A DNA stretch of 38,540 bases from Nemertoderma westbladi. Lineage: Eukaryota; Animalia; Xenacoelomorpha. Under the pieces are notes generated by a model. That model was not told where the DNA came from. It saw only the letters and a list, made by a program, of their open reading frames with translations, and ran no database searches. The stretch spans positions 1-38,540 of the forward strand of contig JAUCBJ010000782.1 of the NCBI GenBank assembly GCA_032718475.1, in the 5' to 3' direction. Of this stretch, positions 1 to 15,288 are shown one piece after another (position 1 is the first letter of the stretch; each line of letters opens with the position of its first letter). Made by a program: the position numbers and the translations under genes.

Positions 1-3000
1 ATTCTAATTGGTTACCAATGATAGAAATAACAACATTCTAATTGGTTACCAATGATAGAAATAACAACATTCTAATTGGATACCAATGATAGAAATAACA
101 ACATTCTAATTGGATACCAATGATAGAAATAACAACATTCTAATTGGTTACCAATGATAGAAATAACGACATTCTAATTGGATACCAATGATAGAAATAA
201 CAACATTCTAATTGGATACCAATGATAGAAATAACAACATTCTAATTGGATACCAATGATAGAAATAACAACATTCTAATTGGTTACCAATGATAGAAAT
301 AACGACATTCTAATTGGTTACCAATGATAGAAATAACGACATTCTAATTGGATACCAATGATAGAAATAACAACATTCTAATTGGATACCAATGATAGAA
401 ATAACAACATTCTAATTGGATACCAATGATAGAAATAACAACATTCTAATTGGATACCAATGATAGAAATAACGACATTCTAATTGGATACCAATGATAG
501 AAATAACAACATTCTAATTGGATACCAATGATAGAAATAACAACATTCTAATTGGATACCAATGATAGAAATAACAACATTCTAATTGGATACCAATGAT
601 AGAAATAACAACATTCTAATTGGTTACCAATGATAGAAATAACAACATTCTAATTGGTTACCAATGATAGAAATAACAACATTCTAATTGGATACCAATG
701 ATAGAAATAACAACATTCTAATTGGATACCAATGATAGAAATAACAACATTCTAATTGGTTACCAATGATAGAAATAACGACATTCTAATTGGATACCAA
801 TGATAGAAATAACAACATTCTAATTGGATACCAATGATAGAAATAACAACATTCTAATTGGATACCAATGATAGAAATAACAACATTCTAATTGGTTACC
901 AATGATAGAAATAACGACATTCTAATTGGATACCAATGATAGAAATAACAACATTCTAATTGGATACCAATGATAGAAATAACAACATTCTAATTGGATA
1001 CCAATGATAGAAATAACAACATTCTAATTGGTTACCAATGATAGAAATAACGACATTCTAATTGGATACCAATGATAGAAATAACAACATTCTAATTGGT
1101 TACCAATGATAGAAATAACAACATTCTAATTGGTTACCAATGATAGAAATAACGACATTCTAATTGGATACCAATGATAGAAATAACAACATTCTAATTG
1201 GATACCAATGATAGAAATAACAACATTCTAATTGGATACCAATGATAGAAATAACAACATTCTAATTGGATACCAATGATAGAAATAACAACATTCTAAT
1301 TGGATACCAATGATAGAAATAACGACATTCTAATTGGATACCAATGATAGAAATAACAACATTCTAATTGGTTACCAATGATAGAAATAACAACATTCTA
1401 ATTGGATACCAATGATAGAAATAACAACATTCTAATTGGTTACCAATGATAGAAATAACAACGTTCTAATTGGTTACCAATGATAGAAATAACAACATTC
1501 TAATTGGTTACCAATGATAGAAATAATAACATTATAATTGGTTACCAATGATAGAAATAACAACATTCTAATTGGTTACCAATGATAGAAATAACAACAT
1601 TCTAATTGGATACCAATGATAGAAATAACAACATTCTAATTGGTTACCAATGATAGAAATAACAATCATTCTAATTGGATACCAATGATAGAAATAACAA
1701 CATTCTAATTGGTTACCAATGATAGAAATAACAACATTCTAATTGGATACCAATGATAGAAATAAAAACTTTCTAATTGGTTACCAATGATAGAAATAAC
1801 AACATTCTAATTGGTTACCAATGATAGAAATAACAACATTCTAATTGGATACCAATGATAGAAATAACAACATTCTAATTGGATACCAATGATAGAAATA
1901 ACAACATTCTAATTGGTTACCAATGATAGAAATAACAACATTCTAATTGGATACCAATGATAGAAATAACAACATTCTAATTGGATACCAATGATAGAAA
2001 TAACAACATTCTAATTGGTTACCAATGATAGAAATAACAACATTCTAATTGGTTACCAATGATAGAAATAACAACATTCTAATTGGATACCAATGATAGA
2101 AATAACAACATTCTAATTGGATACCAATGATAGAAATAACAACATTCTAATTGGTTACCAATGATAGAAATAACGACATTCTAATTGGATACCAATGATA
2201 GAAATAACAACATTCTAATTGGATACCAATGATAGAAATAACAACATTCTAATTGGATACCAATGATAGAAATAACAACATTCTAATTGGATACCAATGA
2301 TAGAAATAAAAACTTTCTAATTGGTTACCAATTATAGAAATAACAACATTCTAATTGGTTACCAATGATAGAAATAACAACATTCTAATTGGATACCAAT
2401 GATAGAAATAACAACATTCTAATTGGATACCAATGATAGAAATAAAAACTTTCTAATTGGTTACCAATGATAGAAATAATAACATTCTAATTGGTTACCA
2501 ATGATAGAAATAACAACATTCTAATTGGATACCAATGATAGAAATAACAACATTCTAATTGGTTACCAATGATAGAAATAACAACATTCTAATTGGTTAC
2601 CAATGATAGAAATAACAACATTCTAATTGGATACCAATGATAGAAATAACAACATTCTAATTGGATACCAATGATAGAAATAACAACATTCTAATTGGTT
2701 ACCAATGATAGAAATAACAACATTCTAATTGGATACCAATGATAGAAATAACAACATTCTAATTGGATACCAATGATAGAAATAAAAACTTTCTAATTGG
2801 TTACCAATGATAGAAATAATAACATTCTAATTGGTTACCAATGATAGAAATAACAACATTCTAATTGGTTACCAATGATAGAAATAACAACATTCTAATT
2901 GGATACCAATGATAGAAATAACAACATTCTAATTGGTTACCAATGATAGAAATAACAACGTTCTAATTGGTTACCAATGATAGAAATAACAACATTCTAA

Positions 3001-6000
3001 TTGGTTACCAATGATAGAAATAATAACATTCTAATTGGTTACCAATGATAGAAATAACAACGTTCTAATTGGTTACCAATGATAGAAATAACAACATTCT
3101 AATTGGTTACCAATGATAGAAATAACAACATTCTAATTGGATACCAATGATAGAAATAACAACATTCTAATTGGATACCAATGATAGAAATAACAACATT
3201 CTAATTGGTTACCAATGATAGAAATAACAACATTCTAATTGGATACCAATGATAGAAATAACAACATTCTAATTGGTTACCAATGATAGAAATAACAATC
3301 ATTCTAATTGGATACCAATGATAGAAATAACAACATTCTAATTGGTTACCAATGATAGAAATAACAACATTCTAATTGGATACCAATGATAGAAATAAAA
3401 ACTTTCTAATTGGTTACCAATGATAGAAATAACAACATTCTAATTGGTTACCAATGATAGAAATAACAACATTCTAATTGGATACCAATGATAGAAATAA
3501 CAACATTCTAATTGGATACCAATGATAGAAATAACAACATTCTAATTGGATACCAATGATAGAAATAACAACATTCTAATTGGTTACCAATGATAGAAAT
3601 AACAACATTCTAATTGGTTACCAATGATAGAAATAACAACATTCTAATTGGTTACCAATGATAGAAATAACAACATTCTAATTGGATACCAATGATAGAA
3701 ATAACAACATTCTAATTGGATACCAATGATAGAAATAACAACATTCTAATTGGTTACCAATGATAGAAATAACGACATTCTAATTGGATACCAATGATAG
3801 AAATAACAACATTCTAATTGGATACCAATGATAGAAATAACAACATTCTAATTGGTTACCAATGATAGAAATAACAACATTCTAATTGGATACCAATGAT
3901 AGAAATAACAACATTCTAATTGGATACCAATGATAGAAATAACAACATTCTAATTGGTTACCAATGATAGAAATAACAACATTCTAATTGGATACCAATG
4001 ATAGAAATAACAACATTCTAATTGGTTACCAATGATAGAAATAACAACATTCTAATTGGATACCAATGATAGAAATAACAACATTCTAATTGGATACCAA
4101 TGATAGAAATAACAACATTCTAATTGGTTACCAATGATAGAAATAACAACATTCTAATTGGTTACCAATGATAGAAATAACAACATTCTAATTGGATACC
4201 AATGATAGAAATAACAACATTCTAATTGGTTACCAATGATAGAAATAACAACATTCTAATTGGATACCAATGATAGAAATAACAACATTCTAATTGGATA
4301 CCAATGATAGAAATAACAACATTCTAATTGGATACCAATGATAGAAATAACAACATTCTAATTGGTTACCAATGATAGAAATAACAACATTCTAATTGGT
4401 TACCAATGATAGAAATAACAACATTCTAATTGGATACCAATGATAGAAATAACAACATTCTAATTGGATACCAATGATAGAAATAACAACATTCTAATTG
4501 GTTACCAATGATAGAAATAACGACATTCTAATTGGATACCAATGATAGAAATAACAACATTCTAATTGGATACCAATGATAGAAATAACAACATTCTAAT
4601 TGGATACCAATGATAGAAATAACAACATTCTAATTGGATACCAATGATAGAAATAACAACATTCTAATTGGTTACCAATGATAGAAATAACAACATTCTA
4701 ATTGGTTACCAATGATAGAAATAACAACATTCTAATTGGATACCAATGATAGAAATAACAACATTCTAATTGGTTACCAATGATAGAAATAACAACATTC
4801 TAATTGGATACCAATGATAGAAATAACAACATTCTAATTGGATACCAATGATAGAAATAACAACATTCTAATTGGTTACCAATGATAGAAATAACAACAT
4901 TCTAATTGGTTACCAATGATAGAAATAACAACATTCTAATTGGATACCAATGATAGAAATAACAACATTCTAATTGGATACCAATGATAGAAATAACAAC
5001 ATTCTAATTGGTTACCAATGATAGAAATAACGACATTCTAATTGGATACCAATGATAGAAATAACAACATTCTAATTGGATACCAATGATAGAAATAACA
5101 ACATTCTAATTGGTTACCAATGATAGAAATAACGACATTCTAATTGGATACCAATGATAGAAATAACAACATTCTAATTGGATACCAATGATAGAAATAA
5201 CAACATTCTAATTGGATACCAATGATAGAAATAACAACATTCTAATTGGATACCAATGATAGAAATAACAACATTCTAATTGGTTACCAATGATAGAAAT
5301 AACAACATTCTAATTGGTTACCAATGATAGAGATAACAACATTCTAATTGGTTACCAATGATAGAAATAACAACATTCTAATTGGATACCAATGATAGAA
5401 ATAACAACATTCTAATTGGATACCAATGATAGAAATAACAACATTCTAATTGGTTACCAATGATAGAAATAACAACATTCTAATTGGTTACCAATGATAG
5501 AAATAACGACATTCTAATTGGATACCAATGATAGAAATAACAACATTCTAATTGGATACCAATGATAGAAATAACAACATTCTAATTGGTTACCAATGAT
5601 AGAAATAACAACATTCTAATTGGATACCAATGATAGAAATAACAACATTCTAATTGGTTACCAATGATAGAAATAACAACATTCTAATTGGATACCAATG
5701 ATAGAAATAACAACATTCTAATTGGATACCAATGATAGAAATAACAACATTCTAATTGGTTACCAATGATAGAAATAACAACATTCTAATTGGTTACCAA
5801 TGATAGAAATAACAACATTCTAATTGGATACCAATGATAGAAATAACAACATTCTAATTGGTTACCAATGATAGAAATAACAACATTCTAATTGGATACC
5901 AATGATAGAAATAACAACATTCTAATTGGATACCAATGATAGAAATAACAACATTCTAATTGGTTACCAATGATAGAAATAACAACATTCTAATTGGTTA

Positions 6001-9000
6001 CCAATGATAGAAATAACAACATTCTAATTGGATACCAATGATAGAAATAACAACATTCTAATTGGATACCAATGATAGAAATAACAACATTCTAATTGGT
6101 TACCAATGATAGAAATAACGACATTCTAATTGGATACCAATGATAGAAATAACAACATTCTAATTGGATACCAATGATAGAAATAACAACATTCTAATTG
6201 GTTACCAATGATAGAAATAACGACATTCTAATTGGATACCAATGATAGAAATAACAACATTCTAATTGGATACCAATGATAGAAATAACAACATTCTAAT
6301 TGGATACCAATGATAGAAATAACAACATTCTAATTGGATACCAATGATAGAAATAACAACATTCTAATTGGTTACCAATGATAGAAATAACAACATTCTA
6401 ATTGGATACCAATGATAGAAATAACAACATTCTAATTGGATACCAATGATAGAAATAACAACATTCTAATTGGTTACCAATGATAGAAATAACAACATTC
6501 TAATTGGTTACCAATGATAGAAATAACAACATTCTAATTGGATACCAATGATAGAAATAACAACATTCTAATTGGATACCAATGATAGAAATAACAACAT
6601 TCTAATTGGTTACCAATGATAGAAATAACGACATTCTAATTGGATACCAATGATAGAAATAACAACATTCTAATTGGATACCAATGATAGAAATAACAAC
6701 ATTCTAATTGGATACCAATGATAGAAATAACAACATTCTAATTGGTTACCAATGATAGAAATAACGACATTCTAATTGGTTACCAATGATAGAAATAACG
6801 ACATTCTAATTGGATACCAATGATAGAAATAACAACATTCTAATTGGATACCAATGATAGAAATAACAACATTCTAATTGGATACCAATGATAGAAATAA
6901 CAACATTCTAATTGGATACCAATGATAGAAATAACGACATTCTAATTGGATACCAATGATAGAAATAACAACATTCTAATTGGATACCAATGATAGAAAT
7001 AACAACATTCTAATTGGATACCAATGATAGAAATAACAACATTCTAATTGGATACCAATGATAGAAATAACAACATTCTAATTGGTTACCAATGATAGAA
7101 ATAACAACATTCTAATTGGTTACCAATGATAGAAATAACAACATTCTAATTGGATACCAATGATAGAAATAACAACATTCTAATTGGATACCAATGATAG
7201 AAATAACAACATTCTAATTGGTTACCAATGATAGAAATAACGACATTCTAATTGGATACCAATGATAGAAATAACAACATTCTAATTGGATACCAATGAT
7301 AGAAATAACAACATTCTAATTGGATACCAATGATAGAAATAACAACATTCTAATTGGTTACCAATGATAGAAATAACGACATTCTAATTGGATACCAATG
7401 ATAGAAATAACAACATTCTAATTGGATACCAATGATAGAAATAACAACATTCTAATTGGATACCAATGATAGAAATAACAACATTCTAATTGGTTACCAA
7501 TGATAGAAATAACGACATTCTAATTGGATACCAATGATAGAAATAACAACATTCTAATTGGTTACCAATGATAGAAATAACAACATTCTAATTGGTTACC
7601 AATGATAGAAATAACGACATTCTAATTGGATACCAATGATAGAAATAACAACATTCTAATTGGATACCAATGATAGAAATAACAACATTCTAATTGGATA
7701 CCAATGATAGAAATAACAACATTCTAATTGGATACCAATGATAGAAATAACAACATTCTAATTGGATACCAATGATAGAAATAACGACATTCTAATTGGA
7801 TACCAATGATAGAAATAACAACATTCTAATTGGTTACCAATGATAGAAATAACAACATTCTAATTGGATACCAATGATAGAAATAACAACATTCTAATTG
7901 GTTACCAATGATAGAAATAACAACGTTCTAATTGGTTACCAATGATAGAAATAACAACATTCTAATTCGTTACCAATGATAGAAATAATAACATTATAAT
8001 TGGTTACCAATGATAGAAATAACAACATTCTAATTGGCTACCAATGATAGAAATAACAACATTCTAATTGGATACCAATGATAGAAATAACAACATTCTA
8101 ATTGGTTACCAATGATAGAAATAACAATCATTCTAATTGGATACCAATGATAGAAATAACAACATTCTAATTGGTTACCAATGATAGAAATAACAACATT
8201 CTAATTGGATACCAATGATAGAAATAAAAACTTTCTAATTGGTTACCAATGATAGAAATAACAACATTCTAATTGGTTACCAATGATAGAAATAACAACA
8301 TTCTAATTGGATACCAATGATAGAAATAACAACATTCTAATTGGATACCAATGATAGAAATAACAACATTCTAATTGGTTACCAATGATAGAAATAACAA
8401 CATTCTAATTGGATACCAATGATAGAAATAACAACATTCTAATTGGATACCAATGATAGAAATAACAACATTCTAATTGGTTACCAATGATAGAAATAAC
8501 AACATTCTAATTGGTTACCAATGATAGAAATAACAACATTCTAATTGGATACCAATGATAGAAATAACAACATTCTAATTGGATACCAATGATAGAAATA
8601 ACAACATTCTAATTGGTTACCAATGATAGAAATAACGACATTCTAATTGGATACCAATGATAGAAATAACAACATTCTAATTGGATACCAATGATAGAAA
8701 TAACAACATTCTAATTGGATACCAATGATAGAAATAACAACATTCTAATTGGATACCAATGATAGAAATAAAAACTTTCTAATTGGTTACCAATTATAGA
8801 AATAACAACATTCTAATTGGTTACCAATGATAGAAATAACAACATTCTAATTGGATACCAATGATAGAAATAACAACATTCTAATTGGATACCAATGATA
8901 GAAATAAAAACTTTCTAATTGGTTACCAATGATAGAAATAATAACATTCTAATTGGTTACCAATGATAGAAATAACAACATTCTAATTGGATACCAATGA

Positions 9001-12000
9001 TAGAAATAACAACATTCTAATTGGTTACCAATGATAGAAATAACAACATTCTAATTGGTTACCAATGATAGAAATAACAACATTCTAATTGGATACCAAT
9101 GATAGAAATAACAACATTCTAATTGGATACCAATGATAGAAATAACAACATTCTAATTGGTTACCAATGATAGAAATAACAACATTCTAATTGGATACCA
9201 ATGATAGAAATAACAACATTCTAATTGGATACCAATGATAGAAATAAAAACTTTCTAATTGGTTACCAATGATAGAAATAATAACATTCTAATTGGTTAC
9301 CAATGATAGAAATAACAACATTCTAATTGGTTACCAATGATAGAAATAACAACATTCTAATTGGATACCAATGATAGAAATAACAACATTCTAATTGGTT
9401 ACCAATGATAGAAATAACAACGTTCTAATTGGTTACCAATGATAGAAATAACAACATTCTAATTGGTTACCAATGATAGAAATAATAACATTCTAATTGG
9501 TTACCAATGATAGAAATAACAACGTTCTAATTGGTTACCAATGATAGAAATAACAACATTCTAATTGGTTACCAATGATAGAAATAACAACATTCTAATT
9601 GGATACCAATGATAGAAATAACAACATTCTAATTGGATACCAATGATAGAAATAACAACATTCTAATTGGTTACCAATGATAGAAATAACAACATTCTAA
9701 TTGGATACCAATGATAGAAATAACAACATTCTAATTGGTTACCAATGATAGAAATAACAATCATTCTAATTGGATACCAATGATAGAAATAACAACATTC
9801 TAATTGGTTACCAATGATAGAAATAACAACATTCTAATTGGATACCAATGATAGAAATAAAAACTTTCTAATTGGTTACCAATGATAGAAATAACAACAT
9901 TCTAATTGGTTACCAATGATAGAAATAACAACATTCTAATTGGATACCAATGATAGAAATAACAACATTCTAATTGGATACCAATGATAGAAATAACAAC
10001 ATTCTAATTGGATACCAATGATAGAAATAACAACATTCTAATTGGTTACCAATGATAGAAATAACAACATTCTAATTGGTTACCAATGATAGAAATAACA
10101 ACATTCTAATTGGTTACCAATGATAGAAATAACAACATTCTAATTGGATACCAATGATAGAAATAACAACATTCTAATTGGATACCAATGATAGAAATAA
10201 CAACATTCTAATTGGTTACCAATGATAGAAATAACGACATTCTAATTGGATACCAATGATAGAAATAACAACATTCTAATTGGATACCAATGATAGAAAT
10301 AACAACATTCTAATTGGTTACCAATGATAGAAATAACGACATTCTAATTGGATACCAATGATAGAAATAACAACATTCTAATTGGATACCAATGATAGAA
10401 ATAACAACATTCTAATTGGTTACCAATGATAGAAATAACAACATTCTAATTGGATACCAATGATAGAAATAACAACATTCTAATTGGTTACCAATGATAG
10501 AAATAACAACATTCTAATTGGATACCAATGATAGAAATAACAACATTCTAATTGGATACCAATGATAGAAATAACAACATTCTAATTGGTTACCAATGAT
10601 AGAAATAACAACATTCTAATTGGTTACCAATGATAGAAATAACAACATTCTAATTGGATACCAATGATAGAAATAACAACATTCTAATTGGTTACCAATG
10701 ATAGAAATAACAACATTCTAATTGGATACCAATGATAGAAATAACAACATTCTAATTGGATACCAATGATAGAAATAACAACATTCTAATTGGTTACCAA
10801 TGATAGAAATAACAACATTCTAATTGGTTACCAATGATAGAAATAACAACATTCTAATTGGATACCAATGATAGAAATAACAACATTCTAATTGGATACC
10901 AATGATAGAAATAACAACATTCTAATTGGTTACCAATGATAGAAATAACGACATTCTAATTGGATACCAATGATAGAAATAACAACATTCTAATTGGATA
11001 CCAATGATAGAAATAACAACATTCTAATTGGTTACCAATGATAGAAATAACGACATTCTAATTGGATACCAATGATAGAAATAACAACATTCTAATTGGA
11101 TACCAATGATAGAAATAACAACATTCTAATTGGATACCAATGATAGAAATAACAACATTCTAATTGGATACCAATGATAGAAATAACAACATTCTAATTG
11201 GTTACCAATGATAGAAATAACAACATTCTAATTGGATACCAATGATAGAAATAACAACATTCTAATTGGATACCAATGATAGAAATAACAACATTCTAAT
11301 TGGTTACCAATGATAGAAATAACAACATTCTAATTGGTTACCAATGATAGAAATAACAACATTCTAATTGGATACCAATGATAGAAATAACAACATTCTA
11401 ATTGGATACCAATGATAGAAATAACAACATTCTAATTGGTTACCAATGATAGAAATAACGACATTCTAATTGGATACCAATGATAGAAATAACAACATTC
11501 TAATTGGATACCAATGATAGAAATAACAACATTCTAATTGGATACCAATGATAGAAATAACAACATTCTAATTGGATACCAATGATAGAAATAACAACAT
11601 TCTAATTGGATACCAATGATAGAAATAACAACATTCTAATTGGATACCAATGATAGAAATAACAACATTCTAATTGGTTACCAATGATAGAAATAACAAC
11701 ATTCTAATTGGTTACCAATGATAGAAATAACAACATTCTAATTGGATACCAATGATAGAAATAACAACATTCTAATTGGATACCAATGATAGAAATAACA
11801 ACATTCTAATTGGTTACCAATGATAGAAATAACGACATTCTAATTGGATACCAATGATAGAAATAACAACTTTCTAATTGGTTACCAATGATAGAAATAA
11901 CAACATTCTAATTGGATACCAATGATAGAAATAACAACATTCTAATTGGTTACCAATGATAGAAATAACAACATTCTAATTGGTTACCAATGATAGAAAT

Positions 12001-14094
12001 AACAACATTCTAATTGGATACCAATGATAGAAATAACAACATTCTAATTGGATACCAATGATAGAAATAACAACATTCTAATTGGTTACCAATGATAGAA
12101 ATAACAACATTCTAATTGGTTACCAATGATAGAAATAACAACATTCTAATTGGATACCAATGATAGAAATAACAACATTCTAATTGGATACCAATGATAG
12201 AAATAACAACATTCTAATTGGATACCAATGATAGAAATAACAACATTCTAATTGGTTACCAATGATAGAAATAACAACATTCTAATTGGATACCAATGAT
12301 AGAAATAACAACATTCTAATTGGATACCAATGATAGAAATAACAACATTCTAATTGGTTACCAATGATAGAAATAACGACATTCTAATTGGATACCAATG
12401 ATAGAAATAACAACTTTCTAATTGGTTACCAATGATAGAAATAACAACATTCTAATTGGATACCAATGATAGAAATAACAACATTCTAATTGGTTACCAA
12501 TGATAGAAATAACAACATTCTAATTGGTTACCAATGATAGAAATAACAACATTCTAATTGGATACCAATGATAGAAATAACAACATTCTAATTGGATACC
12601 AATGATAGAAATAACAACATTCTAATTGGTTACCAATGATAGAAATAACAACATTCTAATTGGTTACCAATGATAGAAATAACAACATTCTAATTGGATA
12701 CCAATGATAGAAATAACAACTTTCTAATTGGTTACCAATGATAGAAATAACAACATTCTAATTGGATACCAATGATAGAAATAACAACATTCTAATTGGT
12801 TACCAATGATAGAAATAACAACATTCTAATTGGATACCAATGATAGAAATAACAACTTTCTAATTGGTTACCAATGATAGAAATAACAACATTCTAATTG
12901 GATACCAATGATAGAAATAACAACATTCTAATTGGTTACCAATGATAGAAATAACAACATTCTAATTGGTTACCAATGATAGAAATAACAACATTCTAAT
13001 TGGATACCAATGATAGAAATAACAACATTCTAATTGGATACCAATGATAGAAATAACAACATTCTAATTGGTTACCAATGATAGAAATAACGACATTCTA
13101 ATTGGATACCAATGATAGAAATAACAACATTCTAATTGGATACCAATGATAGAAATAACAACATTCTAATTGGATACCAATGATAGAAATAACAACATTC
13201 TAATTGGTTACCAATGATAGAAATAACGACATTCTAATTGGATACCAATGATAGAAATAACAACATTCTAATTGGATACCAATGATAGAAATAACAACAT
13301 TCTAATTGGATACCAATGATAGAAATAACAACATTCTAATTGGTTACCAATGATAGAAATAACGACATTCTAATTGGATACCAATGATAGAAATAACAAC
13401 ATTCTAATTGGTTACCAATGATAGAAATAACAACATTCTAATTGGTTACCAATGATAGAAATAACGACATTCTAATTGGATACCAATGATAGAAATAACA
13501 ACATTCTAATTGGATACCAATGATAGAAATAACAACATTCTAATTGGATACCAATGATAGAAATAACAACATTCTAATTGGATACCAATGATAGAAATAA
13601 CAACATTCTAATTGGATACCAATGATAGAAATAACGACATTCTAATTGGATACCAATGATAGAAATAACAACATTCTAATTGGATACCAATGATAGAAAT
13701 AACAACATTCTAATTGGATACCAATGATAGAAATAACAACATTCTAATTGGTTACCAATGATAGAAATAACGACATTCTAATTGGATACCAATGATAGAA
13801 ATAACAACATTCTAATTGGTTACCAATGATAGAAATAACAACATTCTAATTGGTTACCAATGATAGAAATAACGACATTCTAATTGGATACCAATGATAG
13901 AAATAACAACATTCTAATTGGATACCAATGATAGAAATAACAACATTCTAATTGGATACCAATGATAGAAATAACAACATTCTAATTGGATACCAATGAT
14001 AGAAATAACAACATTCTAATTGGATACCAATGATAGAAATAACGACATTCTAATTGGATACCAATGATAGAAATAACAACATTCTAATTGGATA
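1..14094. repeat. 34-bp tandem satellite, consensus ATTCTAATTGG(A/T)TACCAATGATAGAAATAACAAC, about 414 units, open at the left window edge
   Basis: The unit recurs at 1, 35, 69 and onward. There are four 1-bp insertions (AACAATC near 1666, 3299, 8128, 9761). The array stops abruptly in a partial unit at 14081-14094. Confidence 0.99.
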
Positions 14095-15198
14095 AACAGT
14101 ACCGATGAACAGTAAACAGAGGATGGATAAATGAAAGTAATTGGTGATCTAGACAGGTACCGGTAATCGACCGGGTGTACCGTTTACGGACCTATTCATG
14201 TTTCCTATGGAACCTAATGGTTTCTCCCGTCATATAAACCATTCTCACCCGGCGTATAAAGAAACCCCCGATATGAAGTAGTTTGTGGTATAATATCGGA
14301 GTTACACAATTTGAATGTACCCATGAATAGTTAATATACTCAGCAGTTGAAACATCATGCGATGCGAGAACAACAAGGCAGCCTAAATAGTTACTGAAAG
14401 TAAATTGCAGAAAAAAGTTTTGAGTTTTTGATTCATTGATGCAAAATGGCTCAAAGTGAAAGTAAACTGCACAAAAAACTATCTATGCGGATAATTCCAA
14501 ACTTATTTTAATAATTATTAATAATATAAACTAATTAACTATAATTAACCAACTACATTCTCTTATGAAAATAACTAAAGGTTATTTATTGTGTGGAGCG
14601 AATAGGATAACCGATTGAGTGATTGAAGTAATAAAAATATATTTATTATTTAGTATTTTAATTGGGTAATTTGTGGGAAAGTTTTGTATTTAGAAGTTAT
14701 CGATTGATGTTAATTTAGTTAATATAAATAGATTTAATTAAATTTAGATAAATAAACATTTGAAAAAAGAACTGAAAAAAGAAATATTATTAACAAATTG
14801 CTTATAAACCGCAATATAATAGAAAAATATATTAATTACTACCGGACCGGTATATATATGTGTATATATCCATATATATATGGATTAAAACTTGGGTTTG
14901 ATGTTTTTTTATGGAAAAATACTCTGAGAAATTATGGATCAAAATAAAAACAAATGTAGAGATGAAATCGCAATGATTAACCCACGAGAATACCAAACAA
15001 GCAAAACAACTAAAATTAGTTCAATAAATTAAAAATGATGTCCCCAAAAATAAAATAAATCGCAATATATATGGACAGGAAGATAATGTTATTTATCCTT
15101 TTTTAACACAAACATATTTAGTTCTGCTGGTTAAATAATATTGATCAATTACTAAAATGATAAAATATGTAGCACCTTTAACTAATAATAGATAAATA

Positions 15199-15204
15199 TT
15201 TATT
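15199..15204 (-). terminator. Candidate polyadenylation signal (AATAAA) of Pellino
   Basis: TTTATT on the + strand, about 85 nt past the Pellino stop. The context is AT-rich, so a chance occurrence is possible. Confidence 0.4.
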
Positions 15205-15288
15205 AAAAATACAATAAGATAAAACAGTTAAAAATATAAATATAAACTGCTAAGCCAATCCAACAAGCAGGAAAACATATAGGGAGAT

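Noticed and set aside
1-14094. CRISPR array (palindromic ~34-bp repeat)
   Set aside because: Units are head-to-tail with no unique spacers, no cas genes are present, and the context is eukaryotic.
1-14094. Repetitive protein-coding region
   Set aside because: The 34-bp period shifts frame each unit and stop codons occur on both strands. The ORF track is empty here.
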